Counted from the first letter of the whole stretch, positions 15,801-29,800 are shown. The stretch: DNA of 63,085 nt, filler included, from Trichosphaerium sp. ATCC 40318 (GCA_038496445.1; 3 parts of 3 records of this genome joined end to end with filler, not necessarily neighbours in it); one strand, 5' to 3'. Numbers and translations: made by a program. The notes: generated by a model not told the origin, from the sequence alone.

Positions 15801-18180
15801 AAAAAAAAAAAGAGGAAGACCGCATTTTTTTTCTCGATCTGTAGCGGTTTTTCTTTCAACTTTTGGTTGTCCTCAGGAATTTTATTCTCTGGCCTTTTAT
15901 TGTAAATATCTGTATATCAACTCGTTGGACGGAATGAGATATTATCCACACATATGAAACACTCACTGTAAAAAGAAAAATGAAACCTAAACTTGTAAGA
16001 AAGAAAATGTACAAAACCAAAAAAAAAAAAAACCAAATCATAATTAAAACAAATTACTCCCAAATATCACAATGTTGCAACCAATATCTCGACGAACAAC
16101 AAAAATCTGACAAACTAATAGTAATCGTGAACAAAAATACTCGCTTTAAATCACGTGATAATCCTAAAATAACACATAATCTTAATGAGCGGCTTATCAC
16201 CCCCCAAGTTTGCTTTCAACGCCGTAATTTGCATGGTCACTGTGTAAGCCTGTATCTCTGAGACCTACGACAAACTTCTGTATTTTTACCAAAGAACTTT
16301 CTTCAATCAAACTACTTTTTATCCAAAGACACCTCAATAGTATAACAATGTGCAATAATAATCAGCTACACGGTCAAATCACGTTTTTAACAATAGTCTT
16401 ATTCAGTTTGGCTCTCGTAGTGTTCTTAAAGTATCAGCTTCCTTGGAACATGTAGATAGCTTATTTCATTTATAAACACTTCAGCAATGCAGTTGAAGTA
16501 TAATTAGGACAATTCGTCACATACATAATATGAGAAAAATTCAAGAAAAACTCTTTCAACTGTTTTTTTTTTTAGTTGACGTTTGCTGACCGTTAAGTAG
16601 CACTAAAACCCTCTGTTAGAACCGAATGAACGTTGTTACTCTAGCTAGAGATCAAATTGTACTTTTAAGCACAGTTTAGCGGTATAAAACTAATTAACGC
16701 TTTTTAGTTGACTGCGCTTGCTCTGCACCCTTGTGTATGTCAAAATACAATATTATTTTATTATGTAATCCATACCTCAAAGGGAACAGTTTGGAAGACA
16801 ATTAGCGCTTCGATTCATGATATAACAGCAAGTGATAAGGACATAGCTTTACAGACGGTATGAGAGAAAATGACTCTGATTTTCTAACTTAAACAGCTTG
16901 TTAATGAACGACTTGTTTCTGTGATTTTGGTGAGGCTACATTTGATTGTAGAGGGTGCCGTATTTAGAGTATGTTTAGGATACGGGAATCGGGGAAAACC
17001 TAATTAAACTAGTACCAATCGAAGATCACGAAAAGTTTGTTGGTTTTTTTTATTGATGTGTTAACTTTCTGCACTTTCTTAGGGTTAAAGCATTATCTAA
17101 CGATGAATTTTTAATATACAGGTATAAAATTAACTCGTTGGTGATAAAGTGGCAAAATCTATTAGCTAACAAAAGCACATCATTGTTTTTTTTTCTCGAA
17201 GTTTCTTACTCAAAAATTGCACACCCTTGAGAATTGTACAGTTTAATTAGCGCACAATTGTGATATATTTTAACGATTTTATAGTTATATCGAGAACGCA
17301 GGAACAGAAGGTAAACTAATCTATACTATTACAACCAAAAAGTAACACAAAATAACCGAGTTTTCCTCTTTTTGTTCCAGGTGTTATTTTTTCAAACATG
17401 AGGCGAAGTATTTCAATAAACCTTACAAGCATAAAGAAAGCGATGAAGCATCTCATACAATTAGAGGTTATAAAACCATTCAAATCTGTTGTATGTACTT
17501 AATTTAGATGCTTGATTAGCTTGGTTTTTAATCAAAGCAATAGCAAGGACAAAAGAAATGTTACATTCTATTTAGACTCACACCAGGTCAACACAAAACT
17601 CCAATGAGATAGTTCATCTGAAGAATGTTATTCATTTTTGAAATAAAACGACACTTTAACTTGCTACCTATTTTCAGTATGGAAAGCGACCGCCATATGG
17701 TGAACTCAAAAACAGATTTTGAATAAAAAATAACATTCAGTCTACATACCTTCTTGTCAGTCACAATGGAATTGACTTGGAGTACCGGTAATAAATATAC
17801 CATAAAGCCTGGCAAGTCAAACTCCTGTCAAAACGGATGCTTGAAGCCGCTCTAATGGATGCAAAAAAGCATAAACAAAACAAAACAAAGGGCTTCCAGA
17901 AAGCACCTGTGCTTCTTTTACACTTGAATTAGTAATCTTACCTTAACCATTGTGCGTGTGGTCAATTAATCTCGAATGAAATGGCGTATTTGTGCCGAAA
18001 CGAAGAGCGTTAAAGTTGCCTTGTTTAAGAATAAGAACGATAATCTCAACTATTCTGAAAACTGTACTGGCAACCAGAACTTATGTTGTCCGAAAATAAC
18101 AGATTTAGAATTTTCAAAGTTCTGTTTATTGATTTGACATTCGTTCTACATTACAGCTCCTTAAGATACTCACAAGAGTA
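10416..18180 (+). repeat. Right arm of ~7.8-kb inverted repeat
   Basis: Mirror of 1-7802; continuous with unique sequence on both sides, so probably the native copy. Confidence 0.97.
13920..15559 (+). CDS. Spliced hypothetical protein, basic and low-complexity (~5 exons)
   Basis: ATG at 13920; GT-AG-bounded open segments DCSPKELNTKQKR, RDSKDEDEPAIKR, MQHTRGGQRR and PQHLVRPTAQKP...SNNE-stop. Confidence 0.7.
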
Positions 18181-18185
18181 GCATG

Positions 18186-19760
18186 TTACATGTGGTTGTC
18201 TTGATATTTGATAAACTTGAAACGTTCTGATGGTGTAAACCCAATCTCTTTCATAAGCTCACCTGTCATATCTTTCAATTCAATGCACATTCGATCCAAC
18301 AATAATCCAAACTCTTGTGATCTTGTTTTGCTAAACCCTGCCGCCACTAATTTTGCAACCCATGAAGATTGGTTATTTGTCAAAGATTCAGATGGTACTC
18401 CGATTGAAGGCTACAAAAAAACGTTTAGTAAAAAATGAGGAAATACTATTGGGTTTGTACGTACTTTGATATCGGCGACTTTTTGCTGTTTGGATTGAAT
18501 GAGATTATGAGCATTTTCGAGAATCTGAAGATCTTGTTCTGTTTGGCCAAACTTCTGCGGTACATCTCGAATGGCCTTTTTTGACATGAACATCTCTTCG
18601 GATGGATGTACTTTGATTGATGACTTGTTGATTGGCTGTTCATCTAATTGTTGAGTGTCGACTGTAAAACACTGATTGTTGAATGTTAACTTTTGTGGTG
18701 TTGATTCACCATGATCATTATGTCCACTTGTGACCAACTGAAAGTCATGAGATATTGCCAAGTAATGTCCACATTTATTGGCAAACTCCAGATATTTTCC
18801 AGGTAATTTTAATGGTTTGTTTGAATTGAACGAATCAATAAGTTTTCCTTTACCCCAACCAAACAAACAACCTTCATCATCAATTGCAAATGATGTACAC
18901 ACACCAGCATGTACAAATTTGATGTTATTGAGTCCTTTGATGATACCCTGGCCATACTTGTCATCAATACCCAACCCAAGACACCCATTGTAGTTGTATC
19001 CTAAAGAAAATACTTGTCCTGACTTGAGGAGAACAAGTACATGCCCAGCACCAATGGCAATATCAGTGGCATCATCAATACTTGGAACACGTGAAATTGT
19101 CTTTGGATTCAAGAATAATGGTTTATCTTTTGCTTCATCTTCTGTTGTTCCCCAAAGAAAGACATGACCTGTTGATGTCATTGCTGCACTTACACACAAG
19201 GAAGTTTGAATTTTTTGAACATTTTGAAGATTTGGAATAACCGCTGGTGATGAAACTTGCAAATTGTCGAATGAATGACCCAATCCTTGATATCTGTTGT
19301 TTCCCCAAGAGTAGACATGACCTGATTTTGATAACGCCATACTCACAAAATAGGTAGAGACTTTTGTGATATTGTTGAGATTTGGAACACGTGTTGGTGA
19401 CGAAACAGGTGACGCAAAGTGACCCAGACCCAATGACCCACCTAAATTATATCCCCATGCATACACAATACCGTTTGAATCAACTGCAAGGCTATGATTC
19501 CGTCCAGCAGCAATACAGACGATATTTATGAGTGATTTTATTGGTCTTGCGATAGAACTCGAGAATTCGTCTGTATTACCCAATTGGTGCTCATCGTTTC
19601 GTCCCCACGTGTAAACAAAGCCATCGTCTGCGATTGCCATTGAATGTGCCCAACCAGTGGCCAAACGGTTAACATATTGTAAATTAACCAACGAAGATTG
19701 TGGCTCTGCCATAAACGCGTGATATGGTCGTAATAGTTGTTGGCTTTGAAAAATAGCCAC
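18186..19760 (-). CDS. RCC1/BLIP-II repeat protein with a C-terminal SAM-like domain; 5' exon(s) uncertain
   Basis: Repeats such as ATGWAHSMAIADDGFVYTWGRNDEHQLG and AAGRNHSLAVDSNGIVYAWGYNLGGSLGLG; a GT-AG intron at 18411-18464 joins in frame to ...ELKDMTGELMKEIGFTPSERFKFIKY. Confidence 0.88.
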
Positions 19761-19995
19761 CTTATTTCATTTTGGTAGGCAAATCTCGGACGTCTTTTTT
19801 TACGAGTTAACAGTATGTTAAACATTTTTTACCAATGCTCTTTTTGCTTGTATCTGGATCTTGGTATGCAAATACCTCTCAGCTGGTATTTTGGTGATAG
19901 TGGTATTTAATGGCTCTTTGGATACAAGTTGTTTTAAAATAATAATTTTTTTTTAACAGTATCTAAGTTTACATGCTACGCTTCTTGTGCGCTTC

Positions 19996-21480
19996 TTACG
20001 CACTACTTTCTTCGATTGATGACTTGCTTGATTGTGATTCTTCATCTGTTTCCATAACACCACCATCAGGATTTGCGTTTGCTTTTTTTAGTTGTTTCTC
20101 TAAGTCAGCAACACGTGTTTGTAATGTCTCAACTTTTTTCTGCAGATCAACTTCTTCGCTACAATTGACTGAGCTTCGGTTGTTTGTTGTAGCTGAGTTT
20201 ATTCTTAGGTTCATAGACATAGATCTATCGCTCTTGTCAAGTTCTTCATCTGTTTTTGTCATGTAATACATTCTTGGGCCGAGCAAAGACATTATTGAAA
20301 TAAATGGTCCAAGAACAAGACACAAAGATCGAAGAATGAACGCAACCTCACGATCACTTGATCCAAACACCTTAACAATATTATTAATATGTGATAGATT
20401 AATGATATAGTCTGAATACGTACTTGAATGATGATAATAATGATGATGAAAACGTGAGAGTGTAAACAGCGAATCCAATGGATCTAAAAAAAAGTCAAAA
20501 ACGTTGGTTGTTCAAACTAGTTTTTCTCTTACCTTGATTCATTATATAGAACAGCCTTTAGTCTCCATATTCTATAGATCCAATAAAGTCCGTATATCAG
20601 AACACCAGCATTGAAGGTAAATATGATGAAGAAGAATATGGTATCCTTTGTTGAATTCGCACATTGAAAATAGTCATCGGAACGAACAAATGGTCTTTCT
20701 TCAACAAGTTAAGCACGACCAACACTTACAGCTGTCCATATGGCTAGAATAACAATCTTTATACTTACAATAACAGCAACTATCGGTATTTTCAAATTCG
20801 TTATTTTAAAGACATCCAAAGACTTAGCTAAACGTGATAGTGAACTTACACCAAATCCAACAGCAAGTAACCATCGTATTAGATTACAATGAAGTGTATC
20901 AGTATGAAGAGTCCAGAAAAACAGAAGTACATCAGAATACTTCCAATCTAAAAACCAAAAGTAAGAATATAAACAGAAAACTGGTTTTGGTTTTTTTTTT
21001 CATAGTACGTACCAGTGCGAAGATAACAAATAGGGGTTGTGAAGCACGAATGACTCTATGTTTATGGAATATTATTTCCAGGGGTGGCAACCCACCCATA
21101 CCATTAGACCCAATGTGATAAGAATAAAAGCTGCAACAATACTGAGGATAACAAGTTCACTTGTGTACTCTAGAGAAATCATTGTTAGTCAAATTGTTGT
21201 GTGAATTGTAGTAAGGGTAACGTACTATACCAACCGTATGTCGTTTGTCTCTCGTTCCACTTTGGTGCAGGGAATATAAACTGCTTTGTTACACCAAACA
21301 GAGGAGCAACAATATGGTATTCCAGATTTTCGTCAATCTGGTGAGTTAAACCACTTCTTCCAAGATTTTGACCGTATTGATCAAACTCATACTCACCACA
21401 AAACGGTGGACCAAAAGGCTGAGCAACAAACATACCTTTGTTTAGTGGATGAGGACCATATACACCAATATCGGGCTCCC
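19996..21480 (-). pseudogene. Class C (7tm_3, GABA-B/Grl-like) GPCR with a remnant of a substrate-binding ectodomain; disrupted reading frame
   Basis: Motifs HKHRVIRASQPLF, CNLIRWLLAVGFG, LYNESR-SIGFAVY and SLLGPRMYY, then a coiled-coil tail; in-frame TAA at 20709-20711 and frameshifts (could be consensus errors). Confidence 0.72.
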
Positions 21481-21739
21481 TGACGAACGTTGGTAACGAG
21501 TGGAGATGCTATTATTCTTATACAACGTCCCTTGGAATGGTAGGTAGCTTTAAAACTCCTGGTTTTTACAGGAATAGAATGTTTATTTTGAACAATAAAA
21601 CAATCTAGCAATGATCTTAACACTTATCCAAACTTTTGCTGGCGCTAGAAGTAACAGTATCAAATCAAACGTTACATATCACAATACTGAATATCTATGT
21701 TGAATAAAAGTCAATCATTACTCCATGATGTGTACTGTT

Positions 21740-22268
21740 TCATTGTTGTTTGTGAGTGTGTTGCTTAAATAATTTACCCATATAGTACCACTGCGAGAAC
21801 TTTCCATGTCGTTTATCATTAGCATAATGGCAAAGAATTGCTAACTTACCATTGGAATGCCACTCCTTAAACTCTCCATCTCTTTTTCCATCAACATAAA
21901 AACAAATCGTCATTAATTTCCCATTGTGGTGCCACTCCTTATACTCTCCTTCCTTTTTACCATTGATATAATTACAAACTCTTTAATTGACCACGTGAAA
22001 ACCACTCCTTTTTGTCTCCCTCTATCTTACCTTTTGAATAAGTAGCAAGCTCAATCAACTTACCCCAATTTGACCAACACTTAAACTCTCCATCAAGTTT
22101 GCCATCAATGTAGTTACACACGCTTTTCAATTGAAGCTTGGCTAAATATGAATAGTACCACCTCTTATGCTCTCCGTGAGGAACACCATGTTTCCAACAA
22201 GTTTGCTCAACTACTTTTGACTGTTTTAGCACACTTCTTCTTTTAAGCCATTTGCTGTGCTTGTTCAA
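21740..22268 (-). pseudogene. MORN-variant (MORN_2/YwqK-like) repeat protein, intronless, frameshift near 21975
   Basis: Repeats YIDGKLDGEFKCWSNWGKL, YSKGKIEGDKKEWFSRGQL, YINGKKEGEYKEWHHNGKL and YVDGKRDGEFKEWHSNGKL. Confidence 0.8.
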
Positions 22269-22974
22269 GTTGACATCAAACCTTGTTGTACTTGCTGCTT
22301 GTTTTGATAGAAGAGGCCACTGTAGATAAATGTTAACGTCTCGACAATATCAAGCTGTAGCTCAAGCGGTAGGCGTAATAGAAAGCATGTATTCATCTAC
22401 TTGTGTTAATTCAGAAAGTGAATGTTTAAAAGAAAGCATACAATACCCTTGCTGTAGATTAAGAAAGAACAACGATAATAGTTATCAAAAACGTTATTTT
22501 ATGAACAAAGATGTTATATTTGATTGAGGGAAGTACACGCCAATGTAGTTCTAACTACTATCTAAGGATTGAATTAACGTCTGTTTTGTTTTGATCACTA
22601 ACGGCAAACAAGTCAACTGGCTTCAAAGCTTTAAGCCTATTGTAACTTGATTTGTTTCCAATCGACATCTTAGTCATTTACCAGTAGTATCTATTCACCA
22701 ATACTCTAAGAGTTCTAACTATCTTAGTTTCAATTTTTTCTATGTTTAGTTCCAAGAAATCAGCTCTGGAAATCTCGCGAAATGTATGATGTGCATGAAA
22801 TCTCTGTGGCATGTTGTAAATAATAGATGAGTGATTGAGAAATCAAGAACAAAACCGTACATCACAAAAAAGCTGGCAATTTGTAGTTGCACAATATACC
22901 AAAGCAAGTTCTTTTTGTAGTTTTATCAAGCACATAAGCAATCCTTGTGGTAAATGTATAGTTTTTATTTTTGA

Positions 22975-23165
22975 TTGTAGTGTTAGTATGTACACCTGCA
23001 ATTGCCTTTAAACCTTCATCTGTAACTTTTGTACGTGCTATTGATTTCATGTACACCTGCCAACGGTTTGATACCCTCATCTGTTATTAATACATAGCCA
23101 AATAGTATGTACACCAGTCAATGCTTTCAAGGCTTCATCTGTTACATTTGTTTGTACTAAATTGA
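22975..23165 (-). pseudogene. Degenerate leucine-rich-repeat fragment (VTDExLKALxGVHT type)
   Basis: Tandem units TNVTDEALKALTGVHT and TKVTDEGLKAIAGVHT with frameshifts. Confidence 0.6.
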
Positions 23166-23439
23166 TTTCATGGTAATGCGAGGAGGTCGGATATGCTCTG
23201 ATCGTTGTACGTGTTGAATCGGAGGGAATCTAAAAATAACATCTAAATGTTCCAATATTCTTCACTACTGCTAGTAAAATGTACATGGATTGTTTGAAAC
23301 GACTTCCTTCAAATGAAGTCATATGAAAAAGGTCAAGTCTAGAAACAAAAGTAAAAAAATGATCACAAGAAACAATCACTACTCATGTAACTCTATCGTA
23401 GGTCAAATATTAATGACGTTTTATTTAGATCTGACAGTC

Positions 23440-25330
23440 CTTAGTTATAGTCAATACCGAATCTAGTAAGAAGGCCTGCGGTCTTAGGCACATATTCCGC
23501 TACATTGTAGTTGAACAAGTATTTACTTATTTCAAGCATTACTACGCTGTTACTTCTTTCTTTGCAAAAACAATACCTGTTGATTTGTTAGATGAGGCTA
23601 AACAATAGTGTAACATACAAGAGCTTATCAACATTAATACCACGCATAATGTCCACGTGATTTTTGACAAACGAAACTACATCCGTTCCTGGTTCGAACA
23701 GTACTGCGTGAGTCATTGCGTACTCTCCAATTTTAACTCTTCGTAGCCTTAAATACCTGTGGATTCTTTTAAAATAGTTTGATATGTTGTACTTACGCGG
23801 TTTGGGATGATAGATACTCGTACACGTCTTTGGCTGAAACGTACTCAATATACTTGTCTATACTCGCTTCCTCGCTTAGTAAAGTAGCTGAGTAATATCT
23901 TCTCGTGCACTCGTCAACAAAAACTGTAAAGGCAACCTTCATCCCTGCTTCGTATTCTTTTACATATCCCAGGGAACTTTGTACAGCTTTTAGAGAAGCC
24001 AATGCGATAGCTTGCGTGGAAAGCTGAGCAATAGGCACTTTTGAAAAAGCAGAAAACATTCCTTTGTCCTCCAAAACTCTTTCGAAATCATCGCTGTTTA
24101 GAGCAAGTTGAACAACATAGCGTTCACACAGAGCCTACACAGAACTGAGTACATAACTATCAAAAGGGTGTACTTGACAACCCATCCAATCTGCAGCTTC
24201 TTCTAACGCTGCATTGATGTTTTCATTTTTTTCTTGAGATTCCTCTAAAACGTCTCTGAGAGCACCTTTGCTTAGTTAATTGCTGTAATTCATTCAACTT
24301 AAAAGTGCCTAGTCGTACGTTTTACGCCCCTAACAGTTACGTTTTGTCCCAGATCTAGAATCTTGTTCCCATCAACTTCGAGTTACAGGTACCAGTTTTA
24401 TTACCTCTGGGGTAACGCTGAACTGTTCTAATACTTTGCCTCCTTTCTTGGCGGCTGTGGTATTGGTTATTATTGTTGTAATGAGTAGGTACTTACTGGC
24501 AGTATACATTAAAGGAGATGCTACACTTTACACAAGGTTCTTTTTTTCCTGTTTAAGTTAAGGCTACCTTAGACGCTTTAATTTACAAACGTTGCGTGTA
24601 CCTTAAAACCTTGATTCATAGTAACACCTCTACAACCTAAAGTAATATACTGAGGGTTGATTGTAGAGGTTAGGTATGTGAGTGTGAAGTAGGATTTAGT
24701 TCAATTTGGCACACGCTATTCTTTGAACCGTATCAGATAAACATCACCATAGAAAAGTACAAAGTGTGTACACATCACTATTGCCGTTATGAGACTAGCT
24801 CTTAGAGCTTTTAAAGTCTAAAACTTACCATGTATGTAGTCCTTATGTACCTGAAGGTAAGATCTTGTATATTGATGAGCTTTGAAGCCTTGAATGAAAA
24901 CTGAAACAAAACTGTGCTTTCTAAACCATAAGGATATCATAAACAAAGATTGGAACAAACCACTGCTACTAGTACATAACAGTATTGGTGCTTGGTTTCT
25001 TTCACTTATAAAATAATACCCAAAGAAGGCGAGTGTGAAATACCCTCATGATTGTAAATTAGCAACTCTTTTGTGCGTATCATTCAAGTTTTCAACAGGT
25101 TTGGTATTCAAGAATCAAAGCGTAAGAACAAACCTACGTTGTGAGAAAGTCTAATACCTCCTTATAACTTCCTGTACGTACTATAAAATAAAGAGTAATA
25201 GGCATCTGTAGCACGTGGAAAACGTTGTTTCGCCCAAAGTACGCCGCTTAGTTTGGCGATCTCAAGCAAAGAGATTCTCTTGTGTAAAATCTTCTGGAAC
25301 GGCATCAAAAGCTCGTTGTATTATGTTTAA
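23440..25330 (-). CDS. Spliced hypothetical gene, possibly degraded; function unknown, boundaries approximate
   Basis: Exon-like ORFs 23793-24074 and 23588-23848, plus upstream GT-AG-bounded segments; some in-frame stops. Confidence 0.4.
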
Positions 25331-26827
25331 AATAGCGCCAACTCGGTTACTTTAGGTTATCAAAACCAATCTTGAAGGACATTTGAGTTGACAGACGGTA
25401 AAAATGAGGAGCGAATATTTAAACAATCTCACAGCAACAATAGTACATGTTTTGGTATAGTTGTCGCTTTTCAAGCAATGTGTAGACAAAATACACACGG
25501 TATATTACAACGTTCCCTTTTGTGCTCACAAACCAATAAACGGACTGCAAAAAAACTCACAACGCAAAATTTTCACCAAGTTCACATCGTTGTATTGTGA
25601 CTCAAAACAAAAATATCCACGTGTAAGTTCACAGTAAAAGTTGATTTTTTTTCATCATATCAGACAAACTTATGCCATAATTCTAGATCGCTTACAAGAA
25701 AAAGTTTTGCCCGGGCAAACCTAAGCAAGTCATTTTTGCCAAAAATATCAGAAAAAAATAAAGACTATGCTTTGAAAATAACCTGGCGACACTCCAAAAA
25801 TACACTGCATAAAGAAACAAACAAGACAAATGTCAATGAGTTCGCCTAGTCTTGGTATTCATCGAAAAGACACAAAAAAACCCCATTAGTCAAAGAACAT
25901 TCAGAGTAAAACTATCACAACAACAACAACAGCATGAGTGTGGGAGCAAAGAAAGGAATGTGTAGACGAGCAGCAAGTGATAGAGAGGCGAATGAAATCA
26001 AGGCCTACATAAAGAAAGGGCTGGCATCAAAGACAGTGGAAAGAACAATAGAAATTCTGGAAGACAAAAAGCTTTCCTTAAGTGTTGCTCAATGTGCCAG
26101 TACGTCAACCTCTCGGGCTTGTAAATATCTTACTTCACCTAGTCATCGTCAGGTCTGTTTTAGCAAGCAAGGCAGTTGATGTAGCTAAACTCTGTGCAGA
26201 GTATTGTAACGAGAGTAAACTCACCTTTAAAAATGGAATGAAAAAAGCAATGCTGCGTTCAACATTTACTAAACTTGAAGGTCAGCTGTGTTAAACTGTA
26301 GCAATACAACAAGAAATAAACACACAAGATCATTAACATTGTTTGAATACTATTACATTAAAATATGTTGTATTTCTGTTGTGGTACCTAACTAAACAAG
26401 CTCATGGAGTTGGCGTTGAATCAATGATGGCATCCAAGAATATTGTTATTTCCAAGTTTTTTACTTTATGTTTTGTATTAAGCGTATTGAACTGTATATC
26501 ACCTGAATTGGTACAAGAATAGTACGTTATATTGACAGTGATTCCTTTGTACCAAAATTCATTCCTAACCTTGGTACCTGTGAAGCTGGTTTTAAGTGAA
26601 ATCAGGCGCTGAAAAGTCAAATCCAAGTTATATTTACTGAGTTCACGTTGCTTTCTACAAACGTTACAGCTCTGCAACCACTCAAAAGCAATGTTTTAGA
26701 GTTTTTATACAATATCTTACAAGTCAGAAATTATGGCACTTGCTCCTCCTTACAGAGTAATACAAGTATGCTAGGTAAACTACTTTATTACTTTGGTATA
26801 TCATGTTGTTTGTATAAAATAATGTTG

Positions 26828-29800
26828 TTAACATGTTGACAAGCTATTATGTTTGTTAAGAGCCAATAAAGCCATGGCATCAGTAAAAGCTGGTGATGAC
26901 CAATAAGGGAAAGCTGCTACAGGATTAGGAGGATTGTATCCAGCAAACTTAAGAGGCGTTTTGAAACCTAGAGGAGCAATACTGTTAGCTACAAGAAGCA
27001 CCAAAATTGAGAATACTCGTACCGAAGTGTAGCTCGCCAAGCTGGGTTTCATACTCATCTTGTGGTATTAGACCGGAAACGCCATAAGAAAGACTTGTAG
27101 TGATATCACTACACGCACATATTAGTATGGATAACACTGAAAAAAACAAGAAATAAAATTCAAGCTTACCCTTTTCCAGGATTGTTAAGAACTGTACCGT
27201 TCAAATAAACAGCGTAATTTCCAGGATACCTAAATGGTAGTGTATCTAACATACATTAGTTTCTAAATAAATGACTTGTATGGAGGTAGAAAACTCGAAA
27301 TAAGGTTACCTAATCCTTTCATTGATCCACTAAAGAAGGCATTCTCTCGCTTATACTTTGATCCCAAAATAAACTTTGATATGAAAGCAACTGCCTTGTT
27401 TACGGTTTGAACAATAGACTAATATACAGTTAATCTACTGAACCACTACAATCGTTGTATTAGAAATACATGCCTGAGGTACATCAGAAGACCATCTGCG
27501 AACACATTTTTCGTCGGGAATGGACCATATATCAATAAGAGCATTAACAGCAACAGAAGTAGAGAAAAGTCTATCTTCTGCGTTGTTCTTTTTAAAGCCA
27601 AACACTTTATCACCTACATCACAATCAACACATCAATAGAATAAAAGTTAAACACTTTCACATGGAAACTTGCGTGGTCAATAGAAAAAACAGACAGCGC
27701 CCCAAGTCGATATGTTTGTTACTTTGATAAAGCTTCACACGTTTTAAATTATTCGTCACGTGACTTCTTTTTGTTACATTGACGTACCATCTCCTAAGAA
27801 ATCATCCCAATAAACCCAATCATTGTTATCCTTATCAACAACACTATCTTTAAGAAGACTCTGAGTACCAGGACCTTTCATTGCCTCAGTCAACTCCATC
27901 TTAGCTTTTTTAAAGCATCCGTAAGTCATATTATCTTTCTTCTCCTCAAGCAAGAATACAGATCGAGCAGCAAACCATAAAAAGTCATACTTTGGTGGAT
28001 AATACCTGCGACAGCTTGTGAGAATCACAGAAGATATCCCAAAGAAACTATTGCGTACACTAGAGATAACTCTGGTCTTTTGTCTGCGACTCCGGTGTTT
28101 ATAGCCCTAAGAGATTATTAGATACTCAACAATAAATCACTAGGTTAGTTGTGTACCAAGCTATAAGGCTTGCTGTGTCAGAGTACAGCTTTTGTGCTTC
28201 TGTGCTAAACCATGATTCTGGGTTTGCAACATCGTTAAGAACTGCACCTCCAAGACCAAAGATTGTATTAGCTGCAACGGTAAGATCAACCTAAAACAAC
28301 AAACGTAAACAAAAAGCTCGTCGAGCTAAGATAAGCGCTTACGTTGTTTATTTCAAATGGCATATTGACCAATGAAGATCCATTACGACGCTCTGAAACA
28401 CTAGATAACCATGTACTAACAAAGTAGAGTGACGGAGAATCATCTAAACACTGGTTAAAAGAAGCTAAAAAAAGACTCAAAACAACGCACTGTTTTCTTT
28501 CTCTTGAGCCAAGAAGTCTCTTTTAAACATATTAACTAACAAAACTATACCAATATAATGTTGTGTACCTTATCCAATAGTATGTCCGTGGATCAATCAA
28601 GTTAGAATCGATATCAGAAGCAAATGGCTTGTAGGCGTATTTAACCAACTTTTCAACAGCAGCTGATATGTTCTTATTGTGAGATAGCCAAGAATCTAAC
28701 TCGTTTTTGTATTTACTCTCTTGTTCTTTTAATAGAGCTCCTACAAAACAAAGAGTGAGAAACGATACAGAAAAAAGAAGAATAAACTAAGAAACAACGA
28801 GGTTGGCATCATAGACTTACCAAGCATTAAGTTCACAGAAGTATCGTCAGCATCTGGAGGAATTGCAAACGCGCTCAATACAAATGCGGGGCCAGATACA
28901 AGTGGTTTTACAATAGGAGCCAATTTTGAAAGGCCTACAGTATGCAGAATGAGTCAAAACAGCCACAAGAGTTTCCAACAAAATGTGTACCGATTTCTTT
29001 TAGAAAATGCTCTAGAACAGCTCCGAAACTGCCTAGTTTTTCCAGAGGTGCTCCAATATTGGTAGGAAAAGATGTCCATGTACCATTGCGAAGCACTTGT
29101 TGCCAAAAGCAGTATATTGGGTCTTCATAGTCGGTGTTCTTTTGGAAACAAAAAAATGAGAAAGAGAAGAATCGTCAAATAAAATGAAACAAATCACACC
29201 TTGTTCTTGTATTGCGTAAGTGTATCTAAAGCCATTGAGAGCTGGGTTTCATTTGCTTTTAAAACGCCGTATTTATTTGATTCAAGAATAACCTACGTAG
29301 GTATTAGCTTATAGTCCATAAGAGTTGTTTTCGGTGCGTCTTGCAGCGTTTAGTGTAGAATTCGACAAGAACAAGTTCACTTATGTGCAAATACTATTTT
29401 TTGCGCGTTGTATCATTGCTTACCTGCGATACCCAGTTCGTTACGAACATATTGTTATCAAAAAACTCGATACGATTTCTAAGCTCTGTGAAAGGTACGT
29501 CTCCATGGAAATTGACATGAATGTAGCTAGGGTAAATACCTTTGATGCCGTTTAGGTGCTTTTAAATGGAATTACTTGCAACAACGCAGAAAGCGTATGC
29601 AGTTGCATAATACGCGTACCCTTCACTTTTTTAGACTGTAGAAACGGCGGAATGTACTCTTGTGAGTTTCTATGTTTCGTAAGTACATTACGCCATCAAA
29701 CAGTGCAAATATTATTAAATAGCATTGTGAACGTGACTTACTGTACTTGTTCGTTTGTTATGCGTCTATTTAACTGTTGAATGACTGACACAATGTTTGT

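Noticed and set aside
16905-17000. CDFGEA kinase-like motif
   Set aside because: Isolated, surrounded by stops, no other kinase motifs found
20709-20711. Stop-codon reassignment to explain in-frame TAA/TGA
   Set aside because: TAA and TGA end well-supported genes (12839, 61563), and the same regions also carry frameshifts, pointing to decay or sequence error
25934-26294. Two overlapping short ORFs
   Set aside because: May be a small or frameshifted gene, but no motif or splice support sufficient for a call
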